Positions 34,127 through 45,289 of a stretch of DNA of 64,000 nt are shown here, one piece after another. The notes under the pieces were generated by a model. It did not search any database, had not been told where the DNA came from, and saw nothing but the letters and a program-made list of their open reading frames with translations. Each line of letters opens with the position of its first letter. Positions within the stretch are counted from its first letter, which is position 1. A program made the translations under genes and the position numbers. This DNA comes from Gammaproteobacteria bacterium Ga0077554. Lineage in GTDB: Bacteria > Pseudomonadota > Gammaproteobacteria > Ga0077554 > Ga007554. The DNA lies in NCBI GenBank assembly GCA_001464585.1, contig LNFF01000032.1:149285-213284 (forward strand). The letters run 5' to 3'.

Positions 34127-35224
34127 ATGCTCATGTCCGATGCTAAAAAATCTGCTGAAACTACCGAATCGCTTGATATGTCAGCATTGGCCAACGACAT
34201 CAAGCGCTGGAGCAGTGAGTTGGGTTTTCAGCAGACGGGCATCACTGATACCCATCTCGACGAAGCCGAAGCACACTTGATGAACTGGCTCAAGGCCGAC
34301 CGGCATGGCGAGATGGCGTACATGGCCGCGCATGGACATAAGCGCAGCCGACCTGACTTGTTACAGCCGGGCACCATCCGGATTATTTCGGTGCGCATGG
34401 ATTACCTTCCTCCCGCCGCAGTGGATGCCGCCGTGGTGCTTAATGACGCGCAATTGGGATATATTTCACGCTATGCATTGGGTCGAGATTATCACAAAGT
34501 GCTGCGCAAACGCCTGCAAAAACTTGCGGAACGCATCAGCGCGGCTATAGGGCCATTCAATTATCGTGCCTTTACGGACAGCGCGCCAGTGCTGGAAAAA
34601 GCCTTGGCGCAAAAAGCCGGTTTGGGCTGGATTGGCAAGCACACTAATTTGCTCAATCAGAAAGCCGGATCGTGGTTTTTTCTCGGTGAATTGTACACGG
34701 ATTTGCCACTGCCAATTGATGGCGCGGCGGAAAATCACTGCGGCACCTGCCAGGCCTGCATCGACGTGTGCCCTACGCAAGCCATCACTGGTCCGTATCA
34801 ACTTGATGCACGCCGCTGCATTTCGTATCACACCATCGAACTGCGTGGCGCCATTCCGCTGGAATTCCGGCGTTTGATCGGTAACCGTGTGTATGGTTGC
34901 GATGATTGCCAGTTAGTGTGTCCGTGGAATCGCTTTGCGCGTCCTACGGGTGAAGCGGATTTTATGCCACGTACCGGCCTGGATGCGCCGCAGTTAGTGG
35001 AGTTGTTTGCCTGGAGCGAAGCGGAATTTTTGCGGCGTACTGAAGGCTCTGCCATACGCCGTATTGGTTATGAGTGCTGGTTGCGCAATGTTGCCGTGGG
35101 CTTGGGTAATGCGCCGACCTCACCGCAAGTAATCGCTGCGTTGCAAGCGCGCCTGGATCACCCTTCGGCGTTAGTGCGTGAGCATGTGCAATGGGCATGG
35201 GAGCAGCATCATGGATCTGATTAA
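34127..35224 (+). CDS. queG: Epoxyqueuosine reductase
   Basis: SRYALGRDYH, DSAPVLEK, CGTCQACIDVCPT, YGCDDCQLVCPWN. Confidence 0.96.
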   Translation: MLMSDAKKSAETTESLDMSALANDIKRWSSELGFQQTGITDTHLDEAEAHLMNWLKADRHGEMAYMAAHGHKRSRPDLLQPGTIRIISVRMDYLPPAAVDAAVVLNDAQLGYISRYALGRDYHKVLRKRLQKLAERISAAIGPFNYRAFTDSAPVLEKALAQKAGLGWIGKHTNLLNQKAGSWFFLGELYTDLPLPIDGAAENHCGTCQACIDVCPTQAITGPYQLDARRCISYHTIELRGAIPLEFRRLIGNRVYGCDDCQLVCPWNRFARPTGEADFMPRTGLDAPQLVELFAWSEAEFLRRTEGSAIRRIGYECWLRNVAVGLGNAPTSPQVIAALQARLDHPSALVREHVQWAWEQHHGSD

Positions 35225-36458
35225 TCATCGTAAAAATCTGCTGGACATATTCTACAGCGCGCTGCAGGCAGTGAATGGGCGCACCTGTGTGCGTGATTAT
35301 TTGCTTGAGCATCCTGTCGCACGCCAGCCTCTCTATCTGGTGTCCGTCGGCAAAGCGGCCAATGAGATGGCGGAGGGTGCCTTTGAGGTAATGCCAGCGC
35401 AGATTACGCGCGCGCTGGTGATCACCAAGGCCGGGCATGGCGATGCCAGCCTGTTTAAATCCCACGCCGTCACCTTGCTGGAATCAGCGCACCCACTGCC
35501 CGATCAACGTAGCCTGCAGGCGGGTGCCGTGTTGCTGAGTTTTATACACGACGCACCGCCGGATGCGCATTTTCTGTTTTTAATCTCAGGGGGCACATCA
35601 AGTCTGGTTGAAGTGTTGCCAGACGGTATGACATTGGCAGCGTTAGCGCAGGTGAATGAATGGTTATTGGGCAGTGGTCTGGATATCCATCATATCAACT
35701 GCGTACGCAAAGCTATGTCATGTATCAAGGGCGGGCGTCTGGCAGTGGATCTCGCGGGACGCACTGCCGATGTGCTGTTAATCTCCGATGTGCCGGGCAA
35801 TGCGCTGGCGAATATTGGTTCCGGCCTGCTGGTGGCAGATGATGAAAACGCGCCGCGTGTGAGCGATATTGATATGCCGTCACAGATACGCGCGCTCATT
35901 AAGACCGCGCCTGCCGCACCGGCGAAAAATCACCCCTGTTTTTTAGGCATCAAAAGCCACATTATTGCCAGTAACGAAGTTGCCTGCCGCGCTGCCGAAA
36001 GACATGCACAACAATTAGGCTACACTGTACACCGCCATGCCGATATCATTACCGGCGATACTATTGACGTGGCTCATGTGCAGGCGCGCATGCTCAAAGA
36101 GGGTGTTCCGGGTGTATATATTGGTGGCGGAGAGACCACCATACAGTTACCGCCGCAACCGGGGCGCGGTGGCCGCAATCAGAGTTTGGCGCTGGCAGTG
36201 GCTCAGGAAATTGCAGGTTACAACAATATCGTGTTTTTAGCCGCTGGAACGGACGGTAGCGATGGCTCCACCCATGATGCCGGGGCGATAGTGGATGGGG
36301 CCACTATTAAACGTGGTGAGGGTAAAGGTTATGATGCGGCAAGCTGCCTGATGCGCGCCGACGCGGGCACATTTCTCGCCGCCAGCGGCGATTTGATTAC
36401 CACTGACCCGACCGGAACGAATGTCATGGACCTTATGCTAGGCATGAAAACCGCATGA
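35211..36458 (+). CDS. Glycerate 2-kinase (DUF4147/MOFRL family)
   Basis: VGKAA, HPLPD, LISGG.SSL, ISDVPG, GGETT, GGRNQ, GTDGSDG, TGTNVMD. Confidence 0.88.
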   Translation: MDLINHRKNLLDIFYSALQAVNGRTCVRDYLLEHPVARQPLYLVSVGKAANEMAEGAFEVMPAQITRALVITKAGHGDASLFKSHAVTLLESAHPLPDQRSLQAGAVLLSFIHDAPPDAHFLFLISGGTSSLVEVLPDGMTLAALAQVNEWLLGSGLDIHHINCVRKAMSCIKGGRLAVDLAGRTADVLLISDVPGNALANIGSGLLVADDENAPRVSDIDMPSQIRALIKTAPAAPAKNHPCFLGIKSHIIASNEVACRAAERHAQQLGYTVHRHADIITGDTIDVAHVQARMLKEGVPGVYIGGGETTIQLPPQPGRGGRNQSLALAVAQEIAGYNNIVFLAAGTDGSDGSTHDAGAIVDGATIKRGEGKGYDAASCLMRADAGTFLAASGDLITTDPTGTNVMDLMLGMKTA

Positions 36459-36481
36459 TAAGTGTGGTATTGTAGACAACT

Positions 36482-37462
36482 ATGCGCATAGTGCTATTAG
36501 ACCAAGGTGCAATGGAGCTGATCGGATCGGTGGGCAGTCACGGCGATCTGGATTTTTCACGCCTCGCCGCCACGCTCCCGGAATGGCAAGCGTATGAGGC
36601 GACGGCCGATACGCAGGTTGCCGAGCGCATCGCCAATGCCACTGTCGCCGTGAGTAACAAGGTGCGCATTGACGATGCCGCCATGAGCCGCGCGCCGCAC
36701 CTGCGCCTGATCTGTATCGCCGCCACCGGCACCAATCATGTGGATCTGGAAGCTGCGCGCCGCCGGGGGATTGCCGTATGCAATGTGCCGGGTTATGCCA
36801 CGGCCTCGGTAGTGCAACATGTGTTTGCCTTGATATTGGCGCTGTCGATCCGCTTGCCGGATTATCAGCAAGCGCTACGCGCTGGGCGCTGGCAACAGGG
36901 TAGCCAATTCTGTCTCCTGGATTACCCGATCCGTGAAATCGCCGGAAAGACTTTGGGTATCATTGGCTACGGCGAGCTAGGTCAGGCGGTGGCGCGTATC
37001 GCCGAAGCGTTTGGTATGAAGATAATGGTGGCTCATTATCGGGAGGGGCAACCCAATGCCGGGCAAACACGCACACCCCTGCAGGAACTGCTGCCGCAGG
37101 TCGACATACTCAGTTTGCACTGCCCGTTAACCCCGGAAACACGCGGCTTGATCGGTGCGGCAGAACTGGCGCTGATGCGGCCCGATGCCTTGCTGATTAA
37201 TACAGCGCGTGGCGGCATTGTCGATGAAGCGGCTTTGGCGGCAGCCTTGTGTCAGGGCAAACTGGGAGGCGCGGGGGTGGACGTGCTAACGCAAGAACCG
37301 CCCACGCAGGATAACCCACTGCTGGCGGCGAACATCCCTAACCTGATATTGACGCCGCACATTGCCTGGGCCAGCCGCGAGGCACGCCAGCGGTTAGTGG
37401 ATGAAGTGGCGGCGAATATACGGGCATTTTTGCAGGGTGAAACACGCCATCGGGTCGCCTGA
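36482..37462 (+). CDS. hprA: Glycerate dehydrogenase / hydroxypyruvate reductase
   Basis: ATGTNHVD, FCLLDYPI, GYGELG, HCPLT, NTARG, TPHIAWAS. Confidence 0.8.
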   Translation: MRIVLLDQGAMELIGSVGSHGDLDFSRLAATLPEWQAYEATADTQVAERIANATVAVSNKVRIDDAAMSRAPHLRLICIAATGTNHVDLEAARRRGIAVCNVPGYATASVVQHVFALILALSIRLPDYQQALRAGRWQQGSQFCLLDYPIREIAGKTLGIIGYGELGQAVARIAEAFGMKIMVAHYREGQPNAGQTRTPLQELLPQVDILSLHCPLTPETRGLIGAAELALMRPDALLINTARGGIVDEAALAAALCQGKLGGAGVDVLTQEPPTQDNPLLAANIPNLILTPHIAWASREARQRLVDEVAANIRAFLQGETRHRVA

Positions 37463-37579
37463 AAAGGTTTATTATTTATCAGCTTAGAGAATAACTTGCT
37501 TTACCCAAGTGGGATTTATATGGTAATAATAAAAAATACCGGATCGCTTGAATAAAGGCGTAACACAGCAGGGATATCA

Positions 37580-39493
37580 ATGGGAATCATTAATCGCCGT
37601 TTTGCGATTGTAGTGCATGACTTGTGTATAGTGTTATTGGCTTGGGTAGCGGCCTATTTACTCCGGCATAATTTTGCCTGGCAGAGCATAGAATGGCGGC
37701 CTGTCATGCACCTGTTGCCCGTGGTGGCAGCGGCGCAAGGCCTGGTATTCTGGGGTATTGGCCTGCATCGCGGTTTGTGGCGTTTTGCCAGCCTTCCTGA
37801 TTTGTGGAATATTATCCGCGCCGCCGTGTTGGGGGCGTTGGCAGTCGCGTTGGCGCTGTTTTTGTTCAACCGCCTGGAGGGTGTGCCGCGTGTGGTGCTG
37901 GCCGTTTATCCGGTCCTGTTGATTCTGTTGCTGAGCGCGCCGCGCCTTGCTTACCGTATGTGGCGGGACCGTGGGCTGACGGCGCAGGCGATGGCTGTCG
38001 GAAAACGCGTTTTGATCCTCGGCGCCGGGCGTGCTGGCGAAATGCTGGCGCGCGACATACGACGCGATAGTGAATACCTGCTGGTGGGTTTCCTGGACGA
38101 TAACCCCCAGCTCAAAGGCACCAAAATCCATGGCCTGCCAGTGTTGGGCTCTACGGAACGCCTGGCGCATGTGCTCGACACCTTGGATATAGATGTGGTG
38201 ATTATCGCCATCACCTCCGCCGGCGGCGCACAGATACGCCATGTGGTGGAGATGTGCGAGCAGGCCAAGGTGCAATTCAGAATTCTGCCGCGTATGCAGG
38301 ATTTGATGTCAGGGTTGATCAGCCTCAAAGATGTGCGTGAGGTAGCGATTGATGATCTACTCGGCCGCGAGCCGGTATCGCTGGACTGGTGCGCGATCAG
38401 TGCCGGATTGGCGGGCAAGGCAGTGCTGGTGAGTGGTGCGGGCGGCTCGATTGGCTCTGAGTTATGCCGGCAGATTGCGCGTCTGAAACCGGCGTCTATC
38501 ATCCTGTTCGAGCGTTGCGAATTTAATCTTTACAGCATCGAGATGGAGCTGCGTGAGCAATATCCCAGTCTGGTAGTGCACGTGTGTCTGGGTGATGTGT
38601 GCGATCGGAGTGGGGTGGAGCATGCGCTGAGCAAGCATCGGCCAGAAGTGATTTTTCATGCGGCGGCTTACAAGCATGTGCCGATGCTGCAAACCCAGGC
38701 GCGTGAAGCGGTGCGCAACAATGTGCTGGGTACCAAGACTCTGGCGCTGGCCGCTGATAAATATAGTTGCACCACTTTCGTCATGATATCCACTGACAAG
38801 GCGGTGAACCCTGCCAATATTATGGGCACCAGCAAACGTGTCGCAGAGATTTTCTGCCAGATGCTGGACCGTTGCTCCGCCACCCGCTATATCACCGTGC
38901 GCTTTGGTAATGTGCTGGGTTCGGCAGGCAGTGTGGTGCCGCTATTTCAGAAGCAAATCGCGGCAGGCGGGCCAGTCACCGTCACCCACCCCGATATCAC
39001 CCGCTATTTCATGACAATTCCCGAGGCCTGCCAGTTAATCATGCAATCTGCTGTGATGGGTAAGGGCGGTGAAATTTTTGTGCTCAATATGGGTGAACCC
39101 GTCAAGATCCGTTATCTTGCCGAACAAATGATTCGCTTGTCGGGAAAAATTCCTGGCGAAGATATTAAAATCGCCTATACCGGTTTGCGGCCCGGTGAAA
39201 AATTGTATGAAGAGTTGTTCCACAAGCAGGAAGGTCTGAACGAAACCGGGCATGAAAAAATCTTCCTGGCGCAGAGCCGGGAGGTTGCCTGGGATTATTT
39301 GAACGAAGTTATTGATGCCATGGATCGGTCATGCAAGGAGTATGACGATGCACAATGTGTGCTGCTGCTGAAGAAACTTGTGCCTGAAATGGAAGATCCC
39401 TCTGTTCATAAGATTACCAATGCCCTTCTGCCCGTCATCTCCAAAGTACTGGAATTCAAGCGCGGCAACCGCAATGATGCAAAAGAGCCGTGA
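37580..39493 (+). CDS. Membrane-bound nucleotide-sugar 4,6-dehydratase (WbpM/PglF/CapD family)
   Basis: 4 TMs, [38 protein letters not shown]. Confidence 0.92.
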   Translation: MGIINRRFAIVVHDLCIVLLAWVAAYLLRHNFAWQSIEWRPVMHLLPVVAAAQGLVFWGIGLHRGLWRFASLPDLWNIIRAAVLGALAVALALFLFNRLEGVPRVVLAVYPVLLILLLSAPRLAYRMWRDRGLTAQAMAVGKRVLILGAGRAGEMLARDIRRDSEYLLVGFLDDNPQLKGTKIHGLPVLGSTERLAHVLDTLDIDVVIIAITSAGGAQIRHVVEMCEQAKVQFRILPRMQDLMSGLISLKDVREVAIDDLLGREPVSLDWCAISAGLAGKAVLVSGAGGSIGSELCRQIARLKPASIILFERCEFNLYSIEMELREQYPSLVVHVCLGDVCDRSGVEHALSKHRPEVIFHAAAYKHVPMLQTQAREAVRNNVLGTKTLALAADKYSCTTFVMISTDKAVNPANIMGTSKRVAEIFCQMLDRCSATRYITVRFGNVLGSAGSVVPLFQKQIAAGGPVTVTHPDITRYFMTIPEACQLIMQSAVMGKGGEIFVLNMGEPVKIRYLAEQMIRLSGKIPGEDIKIAYTGLRPGEKLYEELFHKQEGLNETGHEKIFLAQSREVAWDYLNEVIDAMDRSCKEYDDAQCVLLLKKLVPEMEDPSVHKITNALLPVISKVLEFKRGNRNDAKEP

Positions 39494-40389
39494 CGCAAAA
39501 GATTAGAAAAGCTGTTTTTCCGGTCGCTGGCATGGGTACGCGCTTTTTACCCGCGACCAAAGCCAATCCCAAGGAAATGTTACCCATCGTCGACAAACCG
39601 CTGATTCAATATGCGGCAGAAGAAGCGATCGCAGCAGGCATGACCGAGCTTATTTTTGTGACCAGCAGCAGCAAGCGCGCCATTGAAGACCATTTTGATA
39701 AAAACTATGAAATGGAAACCGAGCTTGAAAAACGCGGCAAGCATGAGCTGTTGTCGATTGTGCGCAGCGTGGTGCCTGCCGGCGTGTCCTGTATTTATGT
39801 GCGCCAGCCTGAGGCGCTGGGTTTGGGGCATGCAGTATTATGTGCCAAATCCGTAGTCGGCAATGAAGCCTTTGCCGTGATTTTGGCAGACGACTTGATT
39901 GATGGTGGGATTGACGGCGATGGAGCCAATTGTTTAACACAAATGGCCGCAGTCTACGAAAATCATGGATGCAGTATTTTGGGCGTGGAAGAAGTGCCGC
40001 AGGCTGAAACTGACAAATACGGCATTGTCAAAGCCTCGTCCTTGATAGACCGTGTCAGCAAAGTCGACACCATTGTCGAAAAGCCCACTCCTGATGTCGC
40101 GTCGTCTAATCTTGCCGTCGTCGGGCGTTATATTTTAACACCGCGCATTTTCGAATTATTGGAGCATACCGGGCGCGGCGCTGGGGGTGAAATTCAATTA
40201 ACCGATGCAATCGCCCGGCTGCTGCTTGAAGAGCGCGTGTTAGCCTATCGCTTTTTAGGCAAACGCCATGATTGCGGCAGTAAATTAGGCTACCTGCAGG
40301 CCACGGTGGAATACGCCTTGCGTCATCCGCAGTTAAAGGATGAGTTCAGGGAATATTTGCAATCCATCCTGCCCAGCTTAAAGGGCTGA
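39490..40389 (+). CDS. galU: UTP-glucose-1-phosphate uridylyltransferase
   Basis: [38 protein letters not shown]. Confidence 0.95.
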   Translation: MTQKIRKAVFPVAGMGTRFLPATKANPKEMLPIVDKPLIQYAAEEAIAAGMTELIFVTSSSKRAIEDHFDKNYEMETELEKRGKHELLSIVRSVVPAGVSCIYVRQPEALGLGHAVLCAKSVVGNEAFAVILADDLIDGGIDGDGANCLTQMAAVYENHGCSILGVEEVPQAETDKYGIVKASSLIDRVSKVDTIVEKPTPDVASSNLAVVGRYILTPRIFELLEHTGRGAGGEIQLTDAIARLLLEERVLAYRFLGKRHDCGSKLGYLQATVEYALRHPQLKDEFREYLQSILPSLKG

Positions 40390-40488
40390 CGCCCGACGCT
40401 TCCGGCTTCTCCCGGGTGGGGGTTTAGTCCTGAATCAGGCAATGATACGTCTTTAGGCCGCTTGCAGGCGAGATGGACAATGTTCAAG

Positions 40489-40941
40489 TTATTCTTGTTT
40501 TACGACTAACATGCGCGTCATCACCTTCACCAACATCTCGGCCTCTGCTACGCTCAGGTGACGGGCAAACAGCACCTCAATCTGCTCGCCATACACCGGC
40601 CACATGGTTTTTCGAGTATCCAACCCGGCCTGTGTAATCACGCAAAATGACCCGCGCCGATCATCCGGACACGGCTCACGACGCAATAATCCCGCCGCTT
40701 CCAGACGATCCGCAAGGCGCGTTAAATTACTGCGTGACAGCACAATCCGCTCGGCCAGTTGATGCATGCGCAAACGCTGATCCGGCGCTTTTTCCAACTC
40801 CCACAACACGTCATACCACGCCAGCGGAGGCAGCTTGGCGCGCGCCAAGGCGTCCTCAATCCGCTCCATTAAACGGCTATGCGTCGCCAAAAATAACGGC
40901 CAGGCACGGCCTTTGGGATCAGGATCCTTATGTATGGGCAT
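40489..40941 (-). CDS. MarR-family transcriptional regulator
   Basis: WYDVL, SRSNLTRLADRLE, DDRRG, IT..G. Confidence 0.9.
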   Translation of the reverse strand: MPIHKDPDPKGRAWPLFLATHSRLMERIEDALARAKLPPLAWYDVLWELEKAPDQRLRMHQLAERIVLSRSNLTRLADRLEAAGLLRREPCPDDRRGSFCVITQAGLDTRKTMWPVYGEQIEVLFARHLSVAEAEMLVKVMTRMLVVKQE

Positions 40942-40985
40942 TTGTTTTACCTCGAAAAATCGCTCAACCGCCATCATCTCAAAAT

Positions 40986-41053
40986 ATAGTTGCAATTTCA
41001 ACTATTTCATGGAATCATATTGTTGAAATTACAACTATATTTAATTCAACTAT
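40986..41053. promoter_or_regulatory. Tandem palindromic operators between marR and the rhodanese gene
   Basis: ATAGTTG-N6-CAACTAT (40986-41005), ATTGTTG-N6-CAACTAT (41019-41038), half-site CAACTAT (41047-41053). Confidence 0.7.
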
Positions 41054-41071
41054 ATTACCAAAGAGATCGTC

Positions 41072-41401
41072 ATGTCCAAAACACTCTCACTTAATGAATT
41101 ACAGACCCGACTCCAAGCCAACCCCGGCATAGTCCTGCTGGAGGCGCTGCCAGAAAAATATTATCAGGACTGGCATCTGCCGGGTGCCAAGCACATGCCT
41201 CACGATGCGGTGGGCGCGCTTGCACCGACATTAATATCCGATAAATCATCAGAAGTCGTTGTTTACTGCGCCAGCAACACCTGCCAGAACTCGCATATTG
41301 CGGCCAGGGTTTTGACGCAACTGGGGTACAGCAATGTGGCAGTGTATGCCGGTGGAAAAGAAGAATGGCACGACGCAGGGCTACCTGCACAACGTAACTG
41401 A
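41072..41401 (+). CDS. Single-domain rhodanese-like protein
   Basis: HLPGA, VVVYC, LGYSNV..Y.GG.EEW. Confidence 0.88.
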   Translation: MSKTLSLNELQTRLQANPGIVLLEALPEKYYQDWHLPGAKHMPHDAVGALAPTLISDKSSEVVVYCASNTCQNSHIAARVLTQLGYSNVAVYAGGKEEWHDAGLPAQRN

Positions 41402-41600
41402 GTGATGAATTACCCTAAAAACGGCGATTCACCACAGAAGGACGCGGCCATCATCTATACCATCATCCATAAAGGCGTAGAGGAAAAACAAGACCTTGGC
41501 TTGTGTGCCAAGTTACCCACCGGGTGAGGGCGCGTGTTGCGCTAACCACCTGAATTTCTTTGCGTCCTCCGCGGTTCAGCTGCTTTTTCCAGGTTGATCG

Positions 41601-41620
41601 AGATATTGAACAGGCTCTAA
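41601..41620. repeat. IS5/MITE-like end at the island boundary
   Basis: AGATATTGAACAGGCTCTAA; contains the TAG stop of the adjacent gene. Confidence 0.4.
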
Positions 41621-42804
41621 GCTTGGCCGGCCAACCGAGCCGTCTCCGGATCATAGACCACTTCGGTAATCGATCCATCTCGAATGCGCTGAACCGCTTC
41701 GTCAATCACATGGAGCGGTACTAGAAACCACTCCCTTGGCTTCACCGGATTTCCGAAGCGGTCTTCAATGGTCAAGTCTAGCTGCGCTGCACCGAACAAG
41801 CGGTGGAAGATGTTTTCCAGTCTGGTGCGGTTCAGGTTGTGCAGTTTGTAGGTGGCTACCACCTCCACGTCGGCCAACAGATAGGTGGCATCCTTTTCCG
41901 CGCCTGCGATGCGAGTCACTACTTTCCCGCCGGTCACGCCGATCTTGTGGATCAACTCGCGGTGCTCGGCGACGAATGGGTGGCTGGACAGGCTACGCAG
42001 CACGTAGATGGTTCCGGTTTCAATATCATCTGGTTCTGGCGCATCGCCAAACAGCGGTCCCATGTCCGTGCCGGTCAACATGCGAGCGTTTTCGTCTTTA
42101 TAGAGCGCACGCTGTAGCGAGCGCATCAACAGATTGCTTTCGGTACCGTTGGAGTAAACCACACGCAGGCGCGCATCCGGTTCGTTGTTGCTCGTGCGAA
42201 AAATGTCACCCTGCTCGGCCACATAAACCAGCAAACCGCCCAAGACAAAGAAATTGCCTACCTTAAAGTTGGAGTCACGCCCAAACTGGCGGGACTGGCG
42301 AACGCCAGCCTTCAACTCCCGCTCCACCTGCTCAAACAGCGGTTGGAATTTGTCAAAATCTGCGCACGGCGTGCGGTCGGCAATTTCCTCCGCCGCGCGC
42401 TTTTCAACGCTGGAACGCACATGGCGCAGCACGGTGATGTCGTTTTGATTGGCGGGTTCATCGCCAATTCCCAGTTGGGCCAACAAGGCATCTTCGTCCA
42501 AGCCATCCACATCTGACTGAGCCGCTGCCGCACCAGACAACAGGCCGGGGCCATCCAATTCAACCAGCAAGGTTTGCGCTTCTGGCAACTTGCGTAGCTG
42601 GTCCAGGCGCACGGCATACAGGCGTTCGAAGATGTCACGGCCTTCGCCATGCAGCGGGGCGCGACCATGCGTTTGATGGAAGCGCAGGATGTCCTCAAAG
42701 CCCGCGATGATGCGTTCCTCGCGCGGGGTTCGGCTGAAAACCTTGAATGAGGTGACTTCTACTCCCAGCGCATCCAGCAGTTCGTCATCGTCCATCTCAG
42801 CCAT
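41617..42804 (-). CDS. YeeC-like GIY-YIG / T5orf172 nuclease
   Basis: GTIYVL, HKIGVT, LENIFH, PREWF; start MAEMDD overlaps the helicase stop. Confidence 0.85.
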   Translation of the reverse strand: MAEMDDDELLDALGVEVTSFKVFSRTPREERIIAGFEDILRFHQTHGRAPLHGEGRDIFERLYAVRLDQLRKLPEAQTLLVELDGPGLLSGAAAAQSDVDGLDEDALLAQLGIGDEPANQNDITVLRHVRSSVEKRAAEEIADRTPCADFDKFQPLFEQVERELKAGVRQSRQFGRDSNFKVGNFFVLGGLLVYVAEQGDIFRTSNNEPDARLRVVYSNGTESNLLMRSLQRALYKDENARMLTGTDMGPLFGDAPEPDDIETGTIYVLRSLSSHPFVAEHRELIHKIGVTGGKVVTRIAGAEKDATYLLADVEVVATYKLHNLNRTRLENIFHRLFGAAQLDLTIEDRFGNPVKPREWFLVPLHVIDEAVQRIRDGSITEVVYDPETARLAGQA

Positions 42805-44905
42805 TGCCGGACTCTCCCCGCGCTTGTGCCGCCTTCGCCTGGGCACGGTAGCGCGCCAGCGCAGCCACGCCTTCGGCCATGCGCTTTTCCCATGCGTCGG
42901 TGGAGTTGATGTCCGGCAGGCGGCTACGCTCGTTCTTGAACTGCAAGGCGCGTTTTGCCAGCTCGCGGGCATCCTCTTCGGGGATGCTCACCTTCTTGGC
43001 GGCAATGCTGGCCTGCACCTGGCGCAGCGATTTCTCATCCATCGCTTTGGCCAGCACCGCATAGGCGGCATCGAAGGGGTTGATGCGGTCGATCAGGTCA
43101 ATATCCAGGTCGCGCACGTTAACGAACTTGCGCACCCCATCCAGTAACGCCGTACTGCCTTGCGTTGTTCCATCGCCGTTGGCATCGGCCTGGGCCAACG
43201 CCAGCTTGGCCTGCTGGGTGATGTTCATGGCGGCAATGGCGTGTTGGCGGATGGCCTCCTGGTCGACTGGATTCAAGTCCGGATAACGCTCGCGCACAAT
43301 CTTGCCCATGCGCAACTGAGTCAGCTCTTCGGGCAGGGTGTTCTCCTTGTCGAACAGACCACGCTCCAGCACGGTTTTGTCCTGCAAAAAACTGGTGACG
43401 ACTTCGTTCAAGTCCTCCTTGCAGATACGCGTGGCCTCCGGGCTTTGCGGTGTTGCCAGCCCGTTGATCTCGACGTGAATCTGGCCGGTGTCCTTGTTTA
43501 CCCCGATATTTTGACGACCGTCCTTGTAGCCATCCTCGCCGTAGTCGAAGCCGCCCAATGGGCCGGTGTTTCTTGGCGTGAACTCATAGCGCGGAGCCAA
43601 TACCTGCTCCATCAGCAGACTGGCGGAAATAGCCTTGATCATATCGTTCACCGCTTCGGCCACAGCCGCTTGTTCGGCCGCAGGTTCGGCGATCAGATTG
43701 GTGAAGCGCGCCCGTTCCTTGCCGTCGGCATCACGGGTGGCGCGGCCAATGATCTGCACGATTTCAGTCAGGCTGCTGCGGTAGCCAATGGTCAGCGCGT
43801 GTTCGCACCAGATCCAGTCAAAGCCTTCCTTAGCCATGCCCAGCGCGATGATGATATCCACGTTATCGCGGTTGTTCTTCTGCGTCGGGTCTTTCAGCGC
43901 AGTCAGTACGCGAGAACGCCTGGTCGGATCGCTGTCATCCACCAAATCCGCCACTTTCAGGATACGGCCATCATGGGCCTGCACCAGATGGAAGCCGGTG
44001 GCCGGGTCAACACCTTTCCATTCGCCCAAACCGTGCATGATCTCATTCACCTCGCGCTCCTTATCTTTAAGGCTCTCGCGGGCATTCACATTGGGAATAT
44101 GGACGATGGTTTTCAATGCCGGATCCAACACCTTGGTGACGGCATCCACGTAAGGGCCAGTGTAGAAGAAGTAGCCGATGTCCAGCGACTTGAGCCATTG
44201 GTAGCCGTTGAGCTGCTCGTAGTAGGTGTAAGTGATCGTCTCGAATCTGGCTTCATCCACCGGCCCCAACACGGCCTCGCTGTCGCCACGAAAGTAGGAG
44301 CCGGTCATGGCCACCAGATGCACCTTGTCGCGAGCGATGAATGCGCCCAACTGACTGCCCAGCTTGTTGTCTGGATTGCTGGAGACGTGATGGAACTCGT
44401 CAATCGCAATCAGACGATTATCGAATGCCTCGATACCCAACTCATCCACCGCAAAGCGGAAGGTGGCATGGGTGCAAACCAGCAGCTTGTCGGTGCTTTC
44501 CAGAAACTTGCGCACCGCGTCCACCTTGGACTTGGCCACGCGCGGCTCGTCCACGCCGGGGGCGTTGCACAGATTCCATTGCGGGGCGACCTGCCAATCC
44601 CAATAGAATCCATACTCGCTCAGGGGTTCATCGGCAAAGCTGCCACCAATGGAACGCTCCGGCACCACGATGATGGCCTGCCGCAGGCCCTGATTGTTGA
44701 GCTTGTCCAGTGCGATAAACATCAGCGCGCGGGATTTGCCCGATGCCGGTGGCGATTTGATCAGCAGATACTGCTCGCCGCGCTTGGCATAGGCGCGCTC
44801 CTGCATGGCGCGCATCCCCAGCGCGTTGGCCTTGCTGGACGCCCCGGTGCGCGCCGTGGTGATGGACACCGACGGCACGGTGTAGGTGTTGGTCGGGTTA
44901 ATCAC
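42797..44905 (-). CDS. YeeB-like SF2 DExH helicase/ATPase
   Basis: PPASGKS, IDEFHH, MTGS, MAKEGFD, QIIGRATR. Confidence 0.87.
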   Translation of the reverse strand: MINPTNTYTVPSVSITTARTGASSKANALGMRAMQERAYAKRGEQYLLIKSPPASGKSRALMFIALDKLNNQGLRQAIIVVPERSIGGSFADEPLSEYGFYWDWQVAPQWNLCNAPGVDEPRVAKSKVDAVRKFLESTDKLLVCTHATFRFAVDELGIEAFDNRLIAIDEFHHVSSNPDNKLGSQLGAFIARDKVHLVAMTGSYFRGDSEAVLGPVDEARFETITYTYYEQLNGYQWLKSLDIGYFFYTGPYVDAVTKVLDPALKTIVHIPNVNARESLKDKEREVNEIMHGLGEWKGVDPATGFHLVQAHDGRILKVADLVDDSDPTRRSRVLTALKDPTQKNNRDNVDIIIALGMAKEGFDWIWCEHALTIGYRSSLTEIVQIIGRATRDADGKERARFTNLIAEPAAEQAAVAEAVNDMIKAISASLLMEQVLAPRYEFTPRNTGPLGGFDYGEDGYKDGRQNIGVNKDTGQIHVEINGLATPQSPEATRICKEDLNEVVTSFLQDKTVLERGLFDKENTLPEELTQLRMGKIVRERYPDLNPVDQEAIRQHAIAAMNITQQAKLALAQADANGDGTTQGSTALLDGVRKFVNVRDLDIDLIDRINPFDAAYAVLAKAMDEKSLRQVQASIAAKKVSIPEEDARELAKRALQFKNERSRLPDINSTDAWEKRMAEGVAALARYRAQAKAAQARGESGNG

Positions 44906-44954
44906 TGCGTATCGTCCTCCCTAGATGTGTCGCCGCTAATGGGCTGAACTAATC

Positions 44955-45289
44955 GTCCAACAGGCTGTTGGACAATCAAAACCCGATCAAAACTTTCCTG
45001 AGCCTGTGTTATGTCGCAACTAATTGTTTTTGTTAATTTGTTCATATTTGAGTTGATGACGGCCTACCTGTTTTGCCCGCTCATCCAAAACAGGATCAAA
45101 ACCTTTTGCGTATCTATTACCATCCGTTTCCATCCGTTTCCATCCGATTTTCAAGGCTCACTCCTGGGAAGGGGCTGTGGCGTGTTCGACATACATCGAA
45201 GCCCGCCCAGCGCCACGCAATTCGATCTTGTGTGCAACGACTAGGCGAGATTTATGGCGAGCAAAATCAAAACCCGATCAAAACTTTCC
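44955..45289. repeat. Structured non-coding region with an inverted repeat, 25-bp direct repeats and 10-bp tandem repeats
   Basis: GTCCAACAG-G-CTGTTGGAC; AATCAAAACCCGATCAAAACTTTCC at 44974 and 45265 plus a degenerate copy near 45083; (CCATCCGTTT)x3 at 45120-45149. Confidence 0.8.

Noticed and set aside
42805-42972. Extended N-terminus of the GIY-YIG ORF, and similar extensions on slyX, vapB, the cNMP protein and the pgaD-like ORF
   Set aside because: They overlap upstream genes; downstream ATGs with RBS or coupling fit better
43160-44947. 595-aa plus-strand ORF
   Set aside because: Antisense shadow of the helicase gene with no recognisable motifs
44974-45289. 25-bp direct repeats as a mini-CRISPR
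   Set aside because: Only two exact copies, irregular long spacing and no cas genes
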